The notes under the pieces are model-generated. The model did no database searches and was not told the DNA's origin. It saw only the letters and a program-made list of their open reading frames with translations. Both the position numbers and the translations under genes were made by a program. From the NCBI GenBank assembly GCA_963664435.2, contig CAXXKM010000002.1:288001-352000 (forward strand): a DNA stretch of 64,000 bases. Direction: 5' to 3'. Positions 11,043 through 21,466 of the stretch are shown here, one piece after another. Each line of letters opens with the position of its first letter. The stretch's first letter is position 1. This DNA comes from Longimicrobiales bacterium. Its GTDB lineage: Bacteria; Gemmatimonadota; Gemmatimonadetes; Longimicrobiales; Gaopeijiaceae.

Positions 11043-12380
11043 TCATAGAACCCGCCGCCCCACCAGTCGTCCTGCTGCTCCCCCGGCGGCGGCACATCGC
11101 AGTCCTCGACCTTCTCCCCAGTGGATCACCCAGCCGCGCGCTCCAGCGTGAAGCCGAGATCCTCCAGCCCCCCGCCGATGCTCTCGTGCTCCGCCGCTAT
11201 GGCGACGGTGACCGCGGGGATGGGGGCGCCGATGACCGCGATTTTTTGTTTGCGTGCGTTTGACGCTTCCGACCAGCTGCCGGCGTCGGAGGACCTGACA
11301 TGCCCCTTGTCGCTGATGCTCCAACCGCTCGCCTTTGCCCGCATCCTCCTCGTTCGAGTCGGTGCATCGAACGTTGGCCGTTCCGACCGAGGCCGCGAAC
11401 ACCACAAAGTATGGGGTCTCCTGCTCGAGGGTCGCCGTCCGCCGGTGCTGTGAATGTGTGCAAGGCGGCGCTGGTCCCGACCGTAGACTCGCTGGTCAGT
11501 GCGTACAGGCTGCTGCCCGGAGCGTCCGATGCGTCCGCTCCGTGGATGCTTACCTGCACTTCGTGGCTGGCGCTCTGCACACGGACATAGGCCTGCACCG
11601 AAGTCAGCGTGTACCCACCCTCGTTGTCGCTCGTGGTGAATCCCGTCGCCAGCGACAACTTGTTTGAACCCGAAACACCCAGGACCAGTAACGAGGTGCC
11701 GTTCCGCCCGGTGTTCGAGACCAGGGCGGACGCGGTGGTGGTGGTCTCGTCGTCGCGGATCGTGATGCTGGCGGTGCCGATGTCCGTCCCGCCGGGATCG
11801 CCGGCCACCGTGATGGTCCGGTCGCCGTCGGCCGAACTGTTCCCCACGGCGGTGACGGTGACGGCCCACCGAGCTCTCGCTCGCCGGAAGACCACCTGGT
11901 GGCCCGTCGTGATCATGTCCGCGTCCGCCGGGCTCACGCTGAAGTGGGTCCCCTCGGTGGCCCCGGAGAAGGTCAGCGTGACCGTCGTGTCCCTTGCGAA
12001 GGACCTATTGGGTCGGGTGTTCTCCACCGTCACGGTGGAGACGTTCTCGATGATGAGCATCGTCGCGGCGGCGTCCTCCTCGGCGATCGACGCCGGGTTC
12101 GCCGACAGCGACAGGAGCGGCTGGTTGTCCTCCTCGTCGGTGATGTACACCGGGAATTCGGACGGAGGGTTCGGACAATCCGCGAGCGGGCCCGTGTCGA
12201 TTGGTTCGCACGTGTTGCCGTCGGGCTCCCGAAACGCCGCAATGCCCGCCGGGAAACCCCAGAGCCGCTCTATGATCAGGCCGGACCGTTCCCTGCCCTC
12301 GTAGATCGCGTCGTCCAGGATGAACGGGCCAAGGTCGTACAAGGGCAGGCGGGCCACCCACGGTTCGGTGTCGGCGTCGC
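11043..12380 (-). pseudogene. Internal fragment of a large Ig/Calx-beta-like surface protein, frameshifted
   Basis: LSLSANPASIAE, TVTAVGN, ASITIRDDE and LVSNTG...FTT....GYTLTSV motifs. The frame changes near 11430 and there is no N-terminus. Confidence 0.6.
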
Positions 12381-12725
12381 GTAGGCCGGGAAGGTCTTCA
12401 ACTCCGAGTTGGTGTAGAGGTCGGTCGTGGGGACGGGTTGGCTGTCGGGCAAGCGCCGGACCCGCTCGACTCGTTCGTCCTCAGGATAGTAGACACTGAA
12501 ATACTCGCGTTCCCATTCACGGTGGCGTTGTCCGCGGTAGAAGAACCCCGCGTAGAAGATCCGGACGGCGTCGTCCCCGGGGCGGCCGGCACCGAACACC
12601 AGGCTGTTGCCCTTGGCGCGCAGCACGTCGTCGATGAGGCCGGAAGTTGTCGGCCAGCGGCCGTCGTCGAGCGTGGCTTCGTGCAACGACTCCAGGATCC
12701 GATCAAACGCGTCTGGTTCGCTCAC
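12381..12725 (-). pseudogene. N-terminal fragment of a second LuxR-family regulator
   Basis: ILESLHE..D..RW....LIDD.LR..G...EREYF..YY..DERV.RVRRLPDS...DLY...ELKT closely matches 8248-9402; the HTH is missing. Confidence 0.85.
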
Positions 12726-12741
12726 GACGGTCCTCGCCTCT

Positions 12742-14073
12742 TCAGGCCCGGATGCAGGAAAGGGGCAGGGACTGGAGGCCTCGGACCACGATGCCCCGGC
12801 AAAACCGGGGGCGACTCCCCAGCAACCTGATCGACTTGAACCGGTCGAGCAGCATCTCCAGAACGATCCGGCTCTGCAAACGCGCGAGCGGAGCGCCAAG
12901 GCAATGGTGGATCCCGCCGCCGAACGAGAGGTGCCGACCCTGGCGGCGATCGATGTCGAGGCGGTCCGGATCGACGAACACGTCCGGATCCCGGTTGGCC
13001 GCGCCCAGAAGGAGCACGATGTTGTCCCGTTTCCGTAGCGGAAAGCCGTTCACCTCGCAGTCCCCGAGCACCCGCCGAAAATCGGCCTGCACCGGAGAGT
13101 CGAAACGCAGCAGTTCTTCCACCGCGGCCGGGATCAGGCCCGGGTCGTCCCTGAGTCGCTGAAGCTGATCGGGATTGCGAAGCAGGGCGAGGATGCCGTT
13201 GCCGATCAGGTATCCGGTGGTCTCGGTGCCGGCGCTCAGAAGCAGACGCAGCATGTTGAGCGTCTCGCGTTCAGTCAGGCGCGCACCTTCGTCCTGCGCT
13301 CGCGCCAGGGCGCTGACGATGTCCTCCCGGGGCGCGGCTCGCCGCTCCCCGATGATCGGTCGAAAATAGCCGTCGAACGCTCGGGAGGCCGCGCCGCCAG
13401 CCTTGCGTTCCCGCCGGCTGATCGTCGGCTCCAGCAGACGCGCGCGCTGGGCCGCCCACACTGCGAACCGCGCCCGGTCCTGCGCCGGGACGCCCAGCAT
13501 CTCGGCCATCACGATCACCGGCAGGGGTCGAGCCACCGCCTCCATCAGATCGAACGCGGACGGGTCGTCGATGTCGTCCAGCAGGCCCCCCAGGATGGTG
13601 CGTACGCGGGACTCGAGCCCACTGATGGCTCTCGGCGTGAACGCCCTGCTTACGAGCGCCCGCAACCGCGTGTGGTCCGGAGGATCCAGAAACAGCAACG
13701 TGAACTCGCGCGGCGGGGGCAGCATGGCCAGCTGCCGCCGCGTCAGGGAGCCCTTGCGCGGATCGTTGCCGAAGTGCCGATGGTCGCGCAAGATGGCGTC
13801 CACATCGACGTGGCGCGTGAACACCCACGCTCTCAGCAGCCGGCTTCGATGCACCGGGGCCCGGGCGCGGAGGGCCGCATAGGCAGGATACGGATCCCGG
13901 ATCGTCCGTGCCGACAACGGGTTGTACGCGACTCCGGTCTGCACGCGCTCCAGCCGGACGATCGCACTGATGACCGGAGCCCGGATGGCGTCGCCCACCG
14001 AGTACGTCGCCGCCCGCGGCGAGCGGGTGGAGGTACGCCGCCGGGGCTCTTGCCAAGTCGAGAAGAGACCCAT
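12742..14073 (-). CDS. Cytochrome P450
   Basis: DPPDHTRLR, AGTETT (I helix), EELLR (ExxR) and FGGGIHHCLG (heme Cys). Start uncertain. Confidence 0.95.
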   Translation of the reverse strand: MGLFSTWQEPRRRTSTRSPRAATYSVGDAIRAPVISAIVRLERVQTGVAYNPLSARTIRDPYPAYAALRARAPVHRSRLLRAWVFTRHVDVDAILRDHRHFGNDPRKGSLTRRQLAMLPPPREFTLLFLDPPDHTRLRALVSRAFTPRAISGLESRVRTILGGLLDDIDDPSAFDLMEAVARPLPVIVMAEMLGVPAQDRARFAVWAAQRARLLEPTISRRERKAGGAASRAFDGYFRPIIGERRAAPREDIVSALARAQDEGARLTERETLNMLRLLLSAGTETTGYLIGNGILALLRNPDQLQRLRDDPGLIPAAVEELLRFDSPVQADFRRVLGDCEVNGFPLRKRDNIVLLLGAANRDPDVFVDPDRLDIDRRQGRHLSFGGGIHHCLGAPLARLQSRIVLEMLLDRFKSIRLLGSRPRFCRGIVVRGLQSLPLSCIRA

Positions 14074-14382
14074 GACCGGAAAAGATGCCCGATGGAGTCT
14101 CGTCGCAAGTCCCGGGCAGGCTCATCCTCGGCACTCGCGGCACTCGCATCCCGTGGAGGCGGAGGCGGTGCCCCAGGGCTTCGGGAGCGCCAAGTCCAGC
14201 CGCGTCGGCGGCGCAACTCCGGTCCTGGCATCTGCTCCAACAACGAACACGGTGTCGGTTACCACATGCCCAATCCGCACGAAGAATTGATCCCCGCCAA
14301 CTCGGCGGCGAGGGCAACGAAACGGTTACCTTGGGGTCGTTTTGTTCCCGCACCCCTATAGATGCCCGAGAGGAGAAGCAGC

Positions 14383-15315
14383 ATGAAGTCCATCCGCCAA
14401 CTGACGTCCCTCCTACGGCTGTCCGTCCCGGCAGTGCCGCTCCTGGTGGGCGCGGCGCTGTTCTCGCTCCCCTCCGGCGCCCTGGCTCAGGACGGCTGGT
14501 ATATGCGCATGGGGCTGGGCACTGCCCTGGCTCCGGGCATGACCGTCCACGGTTCGGACGACGACTGGTCCACGAAGTGCGACCTGCTCTCCAACCCGGC
14601 CCAGGTCGAGACCGACCCGGGCAGCTGCGCTTCCGCTCCGCCGCGCGCGGCGTGGTACAGCGACGTGGAGGGCGGGACGGGCATGATGGCAGGCCTCGTG
14701 CTGGGCTACCGCGTGCACCGGCTGCGCATCGAGGGGGAGTACTCCTTCCGCGCGACGACCTACGGCGGACCGGTACCGCCGGTCATCGGCGACGAAATCA
14801 CGCTGGGCAAGGCCGACCAGGAACTCGAGGAAGCGGAAGCCGGTGTGGACGACGTTCACGCTCACGGCGTGTTCGTCAACCTCGCCTACGAGTTTCGCAA
14901 TGCGTCGCGCTACACGCCGTACGTCGGCGCCGGAGCGGGCGCCGCGCTCACCAGGCTGGACTACTACACGCGCTGGAAGCGCAACGACGATCCCGAACGG
15001 ATCGACACCTTCGACGACCCGATGATGAAGGCGCGGATCGCGGGCACCACCTCGATCTCGGACGCGAAGCTCTCGGACGTGATCGCGAGCTACCAGGTGT
15101 TCTCCGGCGTGGACTATGACATGAACGATGGTGTCTCGATCGGCATGCAGCTCCGCTGGACGGGCCACCGCGAGTTCGAGGACCAAGCCGAATACGCGCA
15201 AATACGAAGCCACGAATCGTCCGTGGGGCGGGGCTCCGACGTGCAGTACCGGGCCGAGACCAGCGGGCTGGCTGCACTCGGGGTGGCCTTGACCCTGAAA
15301 TGGCGGCCCGAGTGA
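14383..15315 (+). CDS. Outer-membrane beta-barrel protein (opacity / P44-Msp2-like)
   Basis: Signal peptide ALA-Q; LGY....RIEGEY, FVNLAYEF, TPYVGAGAG and YQVFSGVDY beta-strand motifs. Confidence 0.75.
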   Translation: MKSIRQLTSLLRLSVPAVPLLVGAALFSLPSGALAQDGWYMRMGLGTALAPGMTVHGSDDDWSTKCDLLSNPAQVETDPGSCASAPPRAAWYSDVEGGTGMMAGLVLGYRVHRLRIEGEYSFRATTYGGPVPPVIGDEITLGKADQELEEAEAGVDDVHAHGVFVNLAYEFRNASRYTPYVGAGAGAALTRLDYYTRWKRNDDPERIDTFDDPMMKARIAGTTSISDAKLSDVIASYQVFSGVDYDMNDGVSIGMQLRWTGHREFEDQAEYAQIRSHESSVGRGSDVQYRAETSGLAALGVALTLKWRPE

Positions 15316-15869
15316 GCGTCGGGGAGCCCGGACACTGCCCTGCCCAGTCGCGGCCGGATGAACGGCCACGGTATACGCCTTGATCGATTGTGTGCGCCGA
15401 GTCTGGTCCACATCACTGGAAGAGACGACGGGTGGCCGGAACGCCTTGGGGCGTACCGGGCCGAGTGGAAGGCCAAGTCAAGCAGAGCCCGTCCGGGGGC
15501 TGGTCCCTACTGCCGAACGCCCAAGACGGCTTTTCCATCGCCTGGGTCCTTCTTGGTCCCATGCTGCCATTCGTTTACCGGGCCGGCCGGGAAGAGCTTT
15601 TTGGGGTAACCGAGACCCCATCGAGGAGGAAGGATGGACGACCAGAGGCTCAAGCACTGTGAGCGCGCGGTCCGGGTCAGTGAGTGGCGCCGGGCGTGGC
15701 TTGACGGCTGGGCAGAAGGAGCGAGCTGGGCGTTGGCGAGAACGGCACACGCCCCGCGCCGCAGTGGTCACCCGGAGTCTGTCATATGCAGCCTAGTCGA
15801 GCATGTCGTGTCAGGGGACGGGGGCCAGGAGTCGCCGGCCATCGTCGAGCCGGGAGGGCAGGGACGCGG

Positions 15870-16263
15870 AATATGATCGGCGGGAGCTGTTCGGGTCTAC
15901 GGGGAAAACCGGACAGCTACGCGGGACAATCTGGGATGAGCCTGGCGGTGGGTTGAGCTGGTTGGTTTCCCAAGACTACCTGCTGTCCGACCGTCGGCGT
16001 GCAGCGGGCTCTTGCCTGTGCAGCGTGCGGTCATGTCCGACGATCAGGCGACGGGGTAGGACTGATCCCGACCACGTGCCCCCCCGAAACGGCTGCGGCA
16101 GCATGAAGCTGCCGCGAGGAGAAGATCGGGCTGTCCGTCGAGAGCAATTCCCACCATTTCATTCGGGATTCCCCGCTGTCATCGCTCGGCGAAACCCATC
16201 CCTTCAAACGGCAGGAGATGAACGCACGTCCTGTCCAAGCGGTCCACCGGAGGTTCATTCTCA
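15870..16263. repeat. Diverged copy 1 of a non-coding repeat element
   Basis: ATTCCCACCATT..GATTCCCCGC..CAAACGGCAGGA has nearly the same spacing (63 vs 64 nt) as copies 2 and 3. There is patchy upstream similarity to 27335-27635. Confidence 0.5.
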
Positions 16264-17044
16264 GGCGGTAGTGACGAGACTGAGCGGGAGGGTCGTTCTG
16301 TATTGCCCGTGGTCGGGTCACGTGCTCCAGTTGCTCCCCGGCGTTCGTCGTGCCGAGCCGAACGGTGGGAGGCGGATCGTTGAATGCCGGACGCGGCGCC
16401 ACATCCTTGGTGGACGGATTCATGCGCTCGCCATCGGCTGGAGGCTTTCGAGGAAAGCCCACGCGATAAACTGCTCAACTTCCCCCAGCCACTCGACAGC
16501 CTCGCCGTGGACGACCAGCGCCGGTAGCAAGGCCATGATGACCCACGGGCCGTCTGGAAGGTGGTCGCGGAAATCGCTCACAAAGCTCGATCGGTGGTGG
16601 CCCGGATAGGCACCGGACAAAGGGTGCGCCCGCCGGTAGACGGTGGACACACCCCGTCCATTCCTCTCCTCGCGGCTTTCCGAGCGAGTAGTCCTCTCCC
16701 TACCACCCAGCGGCGGGCTGAGGGGGATGCCCACACACCGCTGCCCCAACTACGTTTAGGTTGGTTGCTTGAGTCTCCACCCGCTGAACCCTGACCATGC
16801 CATCCCCACGCTCTATGACCTCGAAACTCCTGCCCGTAAGGCGATGACCGCACGGCCAAAGGCCCTTTCGTTGGGAAGGGTCCGTTCGGCATCGAGGTCT
16901 TCGAACTCCCGACCGCCAGCCTTCGGCGGGTCCCCGACCTGCATTCGGACCCAGGGGAGGCCGTGCCCCGTGGGGGCTCTTCAGCCGGAGGGGCGGCATG
17001 CTGCATCCGACTGATCCACCACGTCCTTCCCCCGAGCAGGGCTC

Positions 17045-20000
17045 ATGAGCGAGGTAACGTCTGGGAAGGACCGGGGCGTGACAGTGAATGGAGGCGAGCG
17101 AGAGCGGCGAGCCTTCGTCGAGCAGGTGCGCCACGAGAACGAGAAAGACTTTGGCCCATCCGCACGTAGAGCGGTCGATAGGATGCTCGCAGCGGGACAT
17201 CCGCACCCGTGGGCCTACGTCTACGAATTGTCACAGAACGCAATCGATGCGGGTGCTCGACGAATCTCTTGGCTGACCAACGGTGGGTCGCTGTCGTTCC
17301 AGCACGATGGGGACGTTGCGTTGGACAAACCCGCCGTGCGTGGGCTGTCTTCGATTGGTGCTTCGACCAAGGGGCAGGACGCCATCGGGTTCATGGGAGT
17401 TGGCTTCAAGTCAGTCTTCAATCGGTTTCGGACAGCGCGGGTTTCGGGTTGCGGCTGGCGTATCAAGTTCGACATCGGAATACGCCGCGGGGCGCTCGAC
17501 ACGACGTTCCCTGACAGGTTCGACGCGCTACGGCCACACTGGGATCCTGAGCGGCTCGATCCCGATGCTGGTTGCACTACCGCTTTTTTCTTCACCAATC
17601 CCGTGGACCCGGCTGCCTGCTTGGCCGACGACCTCGCGCACCTAGCGTCCCCCGACGACCCAACTCCGTTGTCTGTGCTCGCGTTGCGGGGTTTGGAGCA
17701 GGTGTGCATCGACGATGTCACTTGGGACCTCTCGGTGCGGGACGGAGTGGTCGAAGTTCGTCGCGCGCCCGATGGGCTCTCTCGGCGGTGGCGGTTCTTC
17801 GTGTCATGCTATCGCCCGGATGACGCCGCGATGCGACGGTTCTTGCAGGCGCGTCAGGACCTCACGTACCAAGAGGCCAGTGGGTCAGAGCGACCGAAAC
17901 GGAGCGTCGTGGCGCTCGTGCCCTTGGACGAGGACGGGTTACCGAACCCACCGTCCCAAGGTCGGGTCTACGCGACACTTCCGACTCGGGTGCCCATTCC
18001 CTTCGGATTCCATTTGCAGGCGGACTGGCTCGTCAACCTGGAACGCCAAAGCCTCCGTGCAATCAGGGGAGATCCTTGGCAGGAAGCCATCGTGCAGCAA
18101 GTCCCGGTGCTTGTGCGAGAAATGCTCCTTTGGCTGAAGGAGGAATCAGAATCCGCTAGGAGCCGAGGTTACCGGATCCTGTCCGGCCCCACTCGTGTCG
18201 AAGGCGAAATCTCCGATGTACTTGGTGCCCTGCGGTCCGATTTCGTTCGCTTGCTAGGGGATTTGGAGATCGTTCCAGTGCTCGGGTCGGAAACCAGACG
18301 ATTCTCCACACCGCAAGAGATCGTGCGCCTACCCGGCCGGTTTCTCAGCGAGTTTGGAAAACGCCCGGCGTGGCGTCCAGATTTGCTGTTTGACCGCGAC
18401 CTGATGGATGAAGGTCTCTTGGGGAGTCGCGCCGTGCAGTTCGCCAACTGGCTTGGGTGGGGACTCGACATCGATCCTGATGACGTAGAGTGGACTGTCA
18501 CGCTACCGCTTTGGTGGTCCGCGGCGGGGGGGAACACGGACGCGCTCTTTGCGCTTTGGTCGTGCGTCTCCGAGCAGGAATGGCACCACGCACCCGTCGT
18601 CCCTACGGAAGCCGACGGGTGGCTCCCCGCCGACGAGACGTGCTGGCTCAACGAAGAACCGCCGTCCGTCAAGGAACCGAGTGGGGCTGTGGTCGCCGCG
18701 GCGCTCGCTGGCTTCTTGCCTGCCGCCGAACAACGCCTACCACCGAGAATCCGCGCGCTTGTCAATCGAGATCGCACCTCCCACCCAGGCGTCACCTGGC
18801 TGAAGGAACGGCACCGGGAGCAGCGGTTGAAAGACATCGTTCGGCAAGTTTGCACCGATGCCGGAGACGGCGACGCCTTCCCGCTCGTCGAACTCCTGGA
18901 TTGGGCCGTTGCCCGGGGTGCGAACCGCCATGACCTAGTGCCGCTGGTCCTGACCGAAGATGGTGCGCACAAGCCATCCGCAGCATTGCTCGCGGGTCCG
19001 CTCGTGCCGGGTGGAGAGGATCGACGCCGACTCTTCCCGAGCGTGCCAGCGCTCGTGGAAGACTACGCTTTCATCGACGACCAGCAAGCGGCCGTGCGCT
19101 TCATCGAAGGACTCGGGGTCCGCGGTGACGCCACGCTCAAGGAAGAGCGCCACGATGTCGGCCGCAACAAACAGGCGGTCGGCAAGCTACTCGGGATTGA
19201 GGTGGACCGGATTGAGCCTGCAGCGCGCTGGTCGGGGTGGACTGTGCTCGACTACGACCTGCCTTTCCAGGTTCAAACCGTCCCACTGGACGCCCTACAG
19301 AGATGGCTTTCACGCGAACATACCCTTCTTGCGCACAAGGGCAGGCTGAAGGCGAGCAGCAGTTTCCATGGCCCGAAAACAACTGACGGAGAACGACCCT
19401 CGAAGTGGGTGAAGACGCTGGAGGAGCTTCCGTGGATTCTCTGTGAAGATGGCCAACGCAGGAAGCCCGCAGATTTGCTAATCGACGCCGACCCCGACTA
19501 CGAAGATGCGCCCCTCGCGCGTATCGATCCGGACTTAGCGAACCGCTTGAAGCAGGAAGGGGTTCGTTTCGGCGCCGACATCTCCCTCTCTCCCGTGCTG
19601 CGCCGGTTGGAGAAGCGAGGCTCATCTAACTTGCCGGACGCCGATCTGGCGGGTTTGCTCGAAGATGCGTTGGCAGAGATCGAGGCGGGCACCGTGACGC
19701 GCGATGAACTGATAGCCACGCTTCGCTCCGTGAAGCTACGCGGCGTCCCGTTGGAACGTGTAGTGCGAGAGGCTGGTCGTCCCGGGACGCGAAGTGACCT
19801 CGGCGGATGGGTGGTGGCGCTTTCCTCTGTCGAGGCAGTTTTGGCTACGGCGGTGGATCGAATTGAGATCGAACTGCCCAGGACAACCACGGGCCAGCAG
19901 GCTCTCGGATACCTCTCTGAACGCTGGAGACGTAGGCCGGAGTCCGTCGGTGAGATCCGAGCCCACATAGCGTCCGCGTATCGCTACGTCCTTCAAGACT

Positions 20001-21346
20001 TGGAGCGCGACGATCTGGACCGTGGAGTCTGGCGCGACGCAAAGCAAGAGGCTCGGCTCTATGGCAAGGGTCGTTGGCATGAGATCAGTGACTCACTCGT
20101 GGTCGATGATGTCCGATCCCCCTTCATTCGCCAACTGCTTACAGCCAACCGCGTAGCCATCTCAGCCGCACACCTCGGAGGAGCCCCAGAACAGATTCGC
20201 CTCGTTGCGGCCGAACTTGGGATCGCCTGCCTTTCGACCAAGATCAAAGTAAGTGAGGGACCTGAGCTTCCCCGCCCGCCGTGGATGGACAATTTAGAGA
20301 GACTCTTGGCGGCTCTCGGCACCCTTGAGGGCCGCCAACCGCTGAGGAGAATCACATGCCGCAAACACCTCGCGTTGCGCGTCGAAGGCGAGAGCCACCA
20401 AGTCACCGCCTATTTCGTCCATGATGAACTCATGGTCACCGGGACTCCAGAGACCTTCGGTACGGAAGCGGCCGAGCAACTCGTCGAGCAGTTCCAGTTG
20501 GGACAGCGAGGTAACTCGATACCGCGGCTGACGGCAGCGCTTGGTTCCCTTGCGGTGGATGAACGGTTTTCTGAGAATCTGAAGGTGCTCGCTAGCGGTC
20601 TCGGGTTGTCCGTACCAGAGCCGACCTTGAGACCTGAAGCAGACACCGGAGAAACCCTGCCGTCAGGTCGCGTTGATCCGGAACCAGCAGTTACGACTCG
20701 AACCGTCCCGGATTCGCGACCTGAACCGCCCGACGGCCAAAGCCGCAGGGTCCCACCCAGGGATCAGGCCGCCCAATCCCCAAAGACCACACCTGATTCG
20801 AGCCCTGCAGCAGACCAATTCGCGATCCTCATCGGCAGGAATCAGGGAAAGGCGTCCTCGGTGCCAACTGCGGGGGGCTCAGATGCGGTCGAGCTAACCA
20901 AGACCAAGACTCCCCCGAAGGACGATAAGAAAGCGCGTGCTACCGTGGTCAAGTACGAGACACGGCACAGGCGGCGGGCTGAGGAAATGCCAGCCGGTCA
21001 ACCGGGCTTCGATGTTCTCAGCGACGACCCCGAGACGGGGCGGCAGCGACGCATCGAAGTGAAGGGTGTCAAGGGGGATTTCGCGGAGGATGCGAGCGTG
21101 CTTCTCACGGCACGCCAGGTGGAAGACGCCCTCCAGCACAAACAGCCCGACGTGCAATACTGGCTCTATGTAGTCGATCGCACGGAGACGGATAATCCGC
21201 GGGTTTTTCCCATCCCATGGACACGGAATCGCAGCCAGCTTCGATACGGTTTCTATGCTGAAATGTGGGCGCAGTGTGCGGAAAGGGAACCGCGACACTC
21301 CGATACGATAGTTCGGCAAGAGGACGTAGAATCGGAGGTTCGGTGA
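17045..21346 (+). CDS. Sacsin-like GHKL ATPase fused to a DUF3883/NOV C-terminal nuclease (putative defence protein)
   Basis: YELSQNAIDA, IGFMGVGFKSVF and LPT...FGFHLQADW at the N-terminus; GFDVLS..RRIEVKG..LTARQ..YWLYVV at the C-terminus. Confidence 0.8.
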   Translation: MSEVTSGKDRGVTVNGGERERRAFVEQVRHENEKDFGPSARRAVDRMLAAGHPHPWAYVYELSQNAIDAGARRISWLTNGGSLSFQHDGDVALDKPAVRGLSSIGASTKGQDAIGFMGVGFKSVFNRFRTARVSGCGWRIKFDIGIRRGALDTTFPDRFDALRPHWDPERLDPDAGCTTAFFFTNPVDPAACLADDLAHLASPDDPTPLSVLALRGLEQVCIDDVTWDLSVRDGVVEVRRAPDGLSRRWRFFVSCYRPDDAAMRRFLQARQDLTYQEASGSERPKRSVVALVPLDEDGLPNPPSQGRVYATLPTRVPIPFGFHLQADWLVNLERQSLRAIRGDPWQEAIVQQVPVLVREMLLWLKEESESARSRGYRILSGPTRVEGEISDVLGALRSDFVRLLGDLEIVPVLGSETRRFSTPQEIVRLPGRFLSEFGKRPAWRPDLLFDRDLMDEGLLGSRAVQFANWLGWGLDIDPDDVEWTVTLPLWWSAAGGNTDALFALWSCVSEQEWHHAPVVPTEADGWLPADETCWLNEEPPSVKEPSGAVVAAALAGFLPAAEQRLPPRIRALVNRDRTSHPGVTWLKERHREQRLKDIVRQVCTDAGDGDAFPLVELLDWAVARGANRHDLVPLVLTEDGAHKPSAALLAGPLVPGGEDRRRLFPSVPALVEDYAFIDDQQAAVRFIEGLGVRGDATLKEERHDVGRNKQAVGKLLGIEVDRIEPAARWSGWTVLDYDLPFQVQTVPLDALQRWLSREHTLLAHKGRLKASSSFHGPKTTDGERPSKWVKTLEELPWILCEDGQRRKPADLLIDADPDYEDAPLARIDPDLANRLKQEGVRFGADISLSPVLRRLEKRGSSNLPDADLAGLLEDALAEIEAGTVTRDELIATLRSVKLRGVPLERVVREAGRPGTRSDLGGWVVALSSVEAVLATAVDRIEIELPRTTTGQQALGYLSERWRRRPESVGEIRAHIASAYRYVLQDLERDDLDRGVWRDAKQEARLYGKGRWHEISDSLVVDDVRSPFIRQLLTANRVAISAAHLGGAPEQIRLVAAELGIACLSTKIKVSEGPELPRPPWMDNLERLLAALGTLEGRQPLRRITCRKHLALRVEGESHQVTAYFVHDELMVTGTPETFGTEAAEQLVEQFQLGQRGNSIPRLTAALGSLAVDERFSENLKVLASGLGLSVPEPTLRPEADTGETLPSGRVDPEPAVTTRTVPDSRPEPPDGQSRRVPPRDQAAQSPKTTPDSSPAADQFAILIGRNQGKASSVPTAGGSDAVELTKTKTPPKDDKKARATVVKYETRHRRRAEEMPAGQPGFDVLSDDPETGRQRRIEVKGVKGDFAEDASVLLTARQVEDALQHKQPDVQYWLYVVDRTETDNPRVFPIPWTRNRSQLRYGFYAEMWAQCAEREPRHSDTIVRQEDVESEVR

Positions 21347-21466
21347 TTCCCGCCATTCGATAGCGGTTTCCCCGCGATTTCAGCCCTGCGGCATCAGACG
21401 TGGGCCAAGGGCAGGAAGCGCAGATCGTGCAGTCCTGTAAGATTTTGGACGATTCCCTGCCCTGAT
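21346..21466. repeat. Copy 2 of the non-coding repeat element
   Basis: Gapless alignment to 27635-27755 (84/121 identical by hand count). Begins at the stop codon of the preceding gene. Confidence 0.85.

Noticed and set aside
15358..17014. Short ORFs between the beta-barrel gene and the defence gene, e.g. 15634-15876 with a good RBS
   Set aside because: No recognisable motifs, and the region overlaps the diverged non-coding repeat, so coding status cannot be supported.
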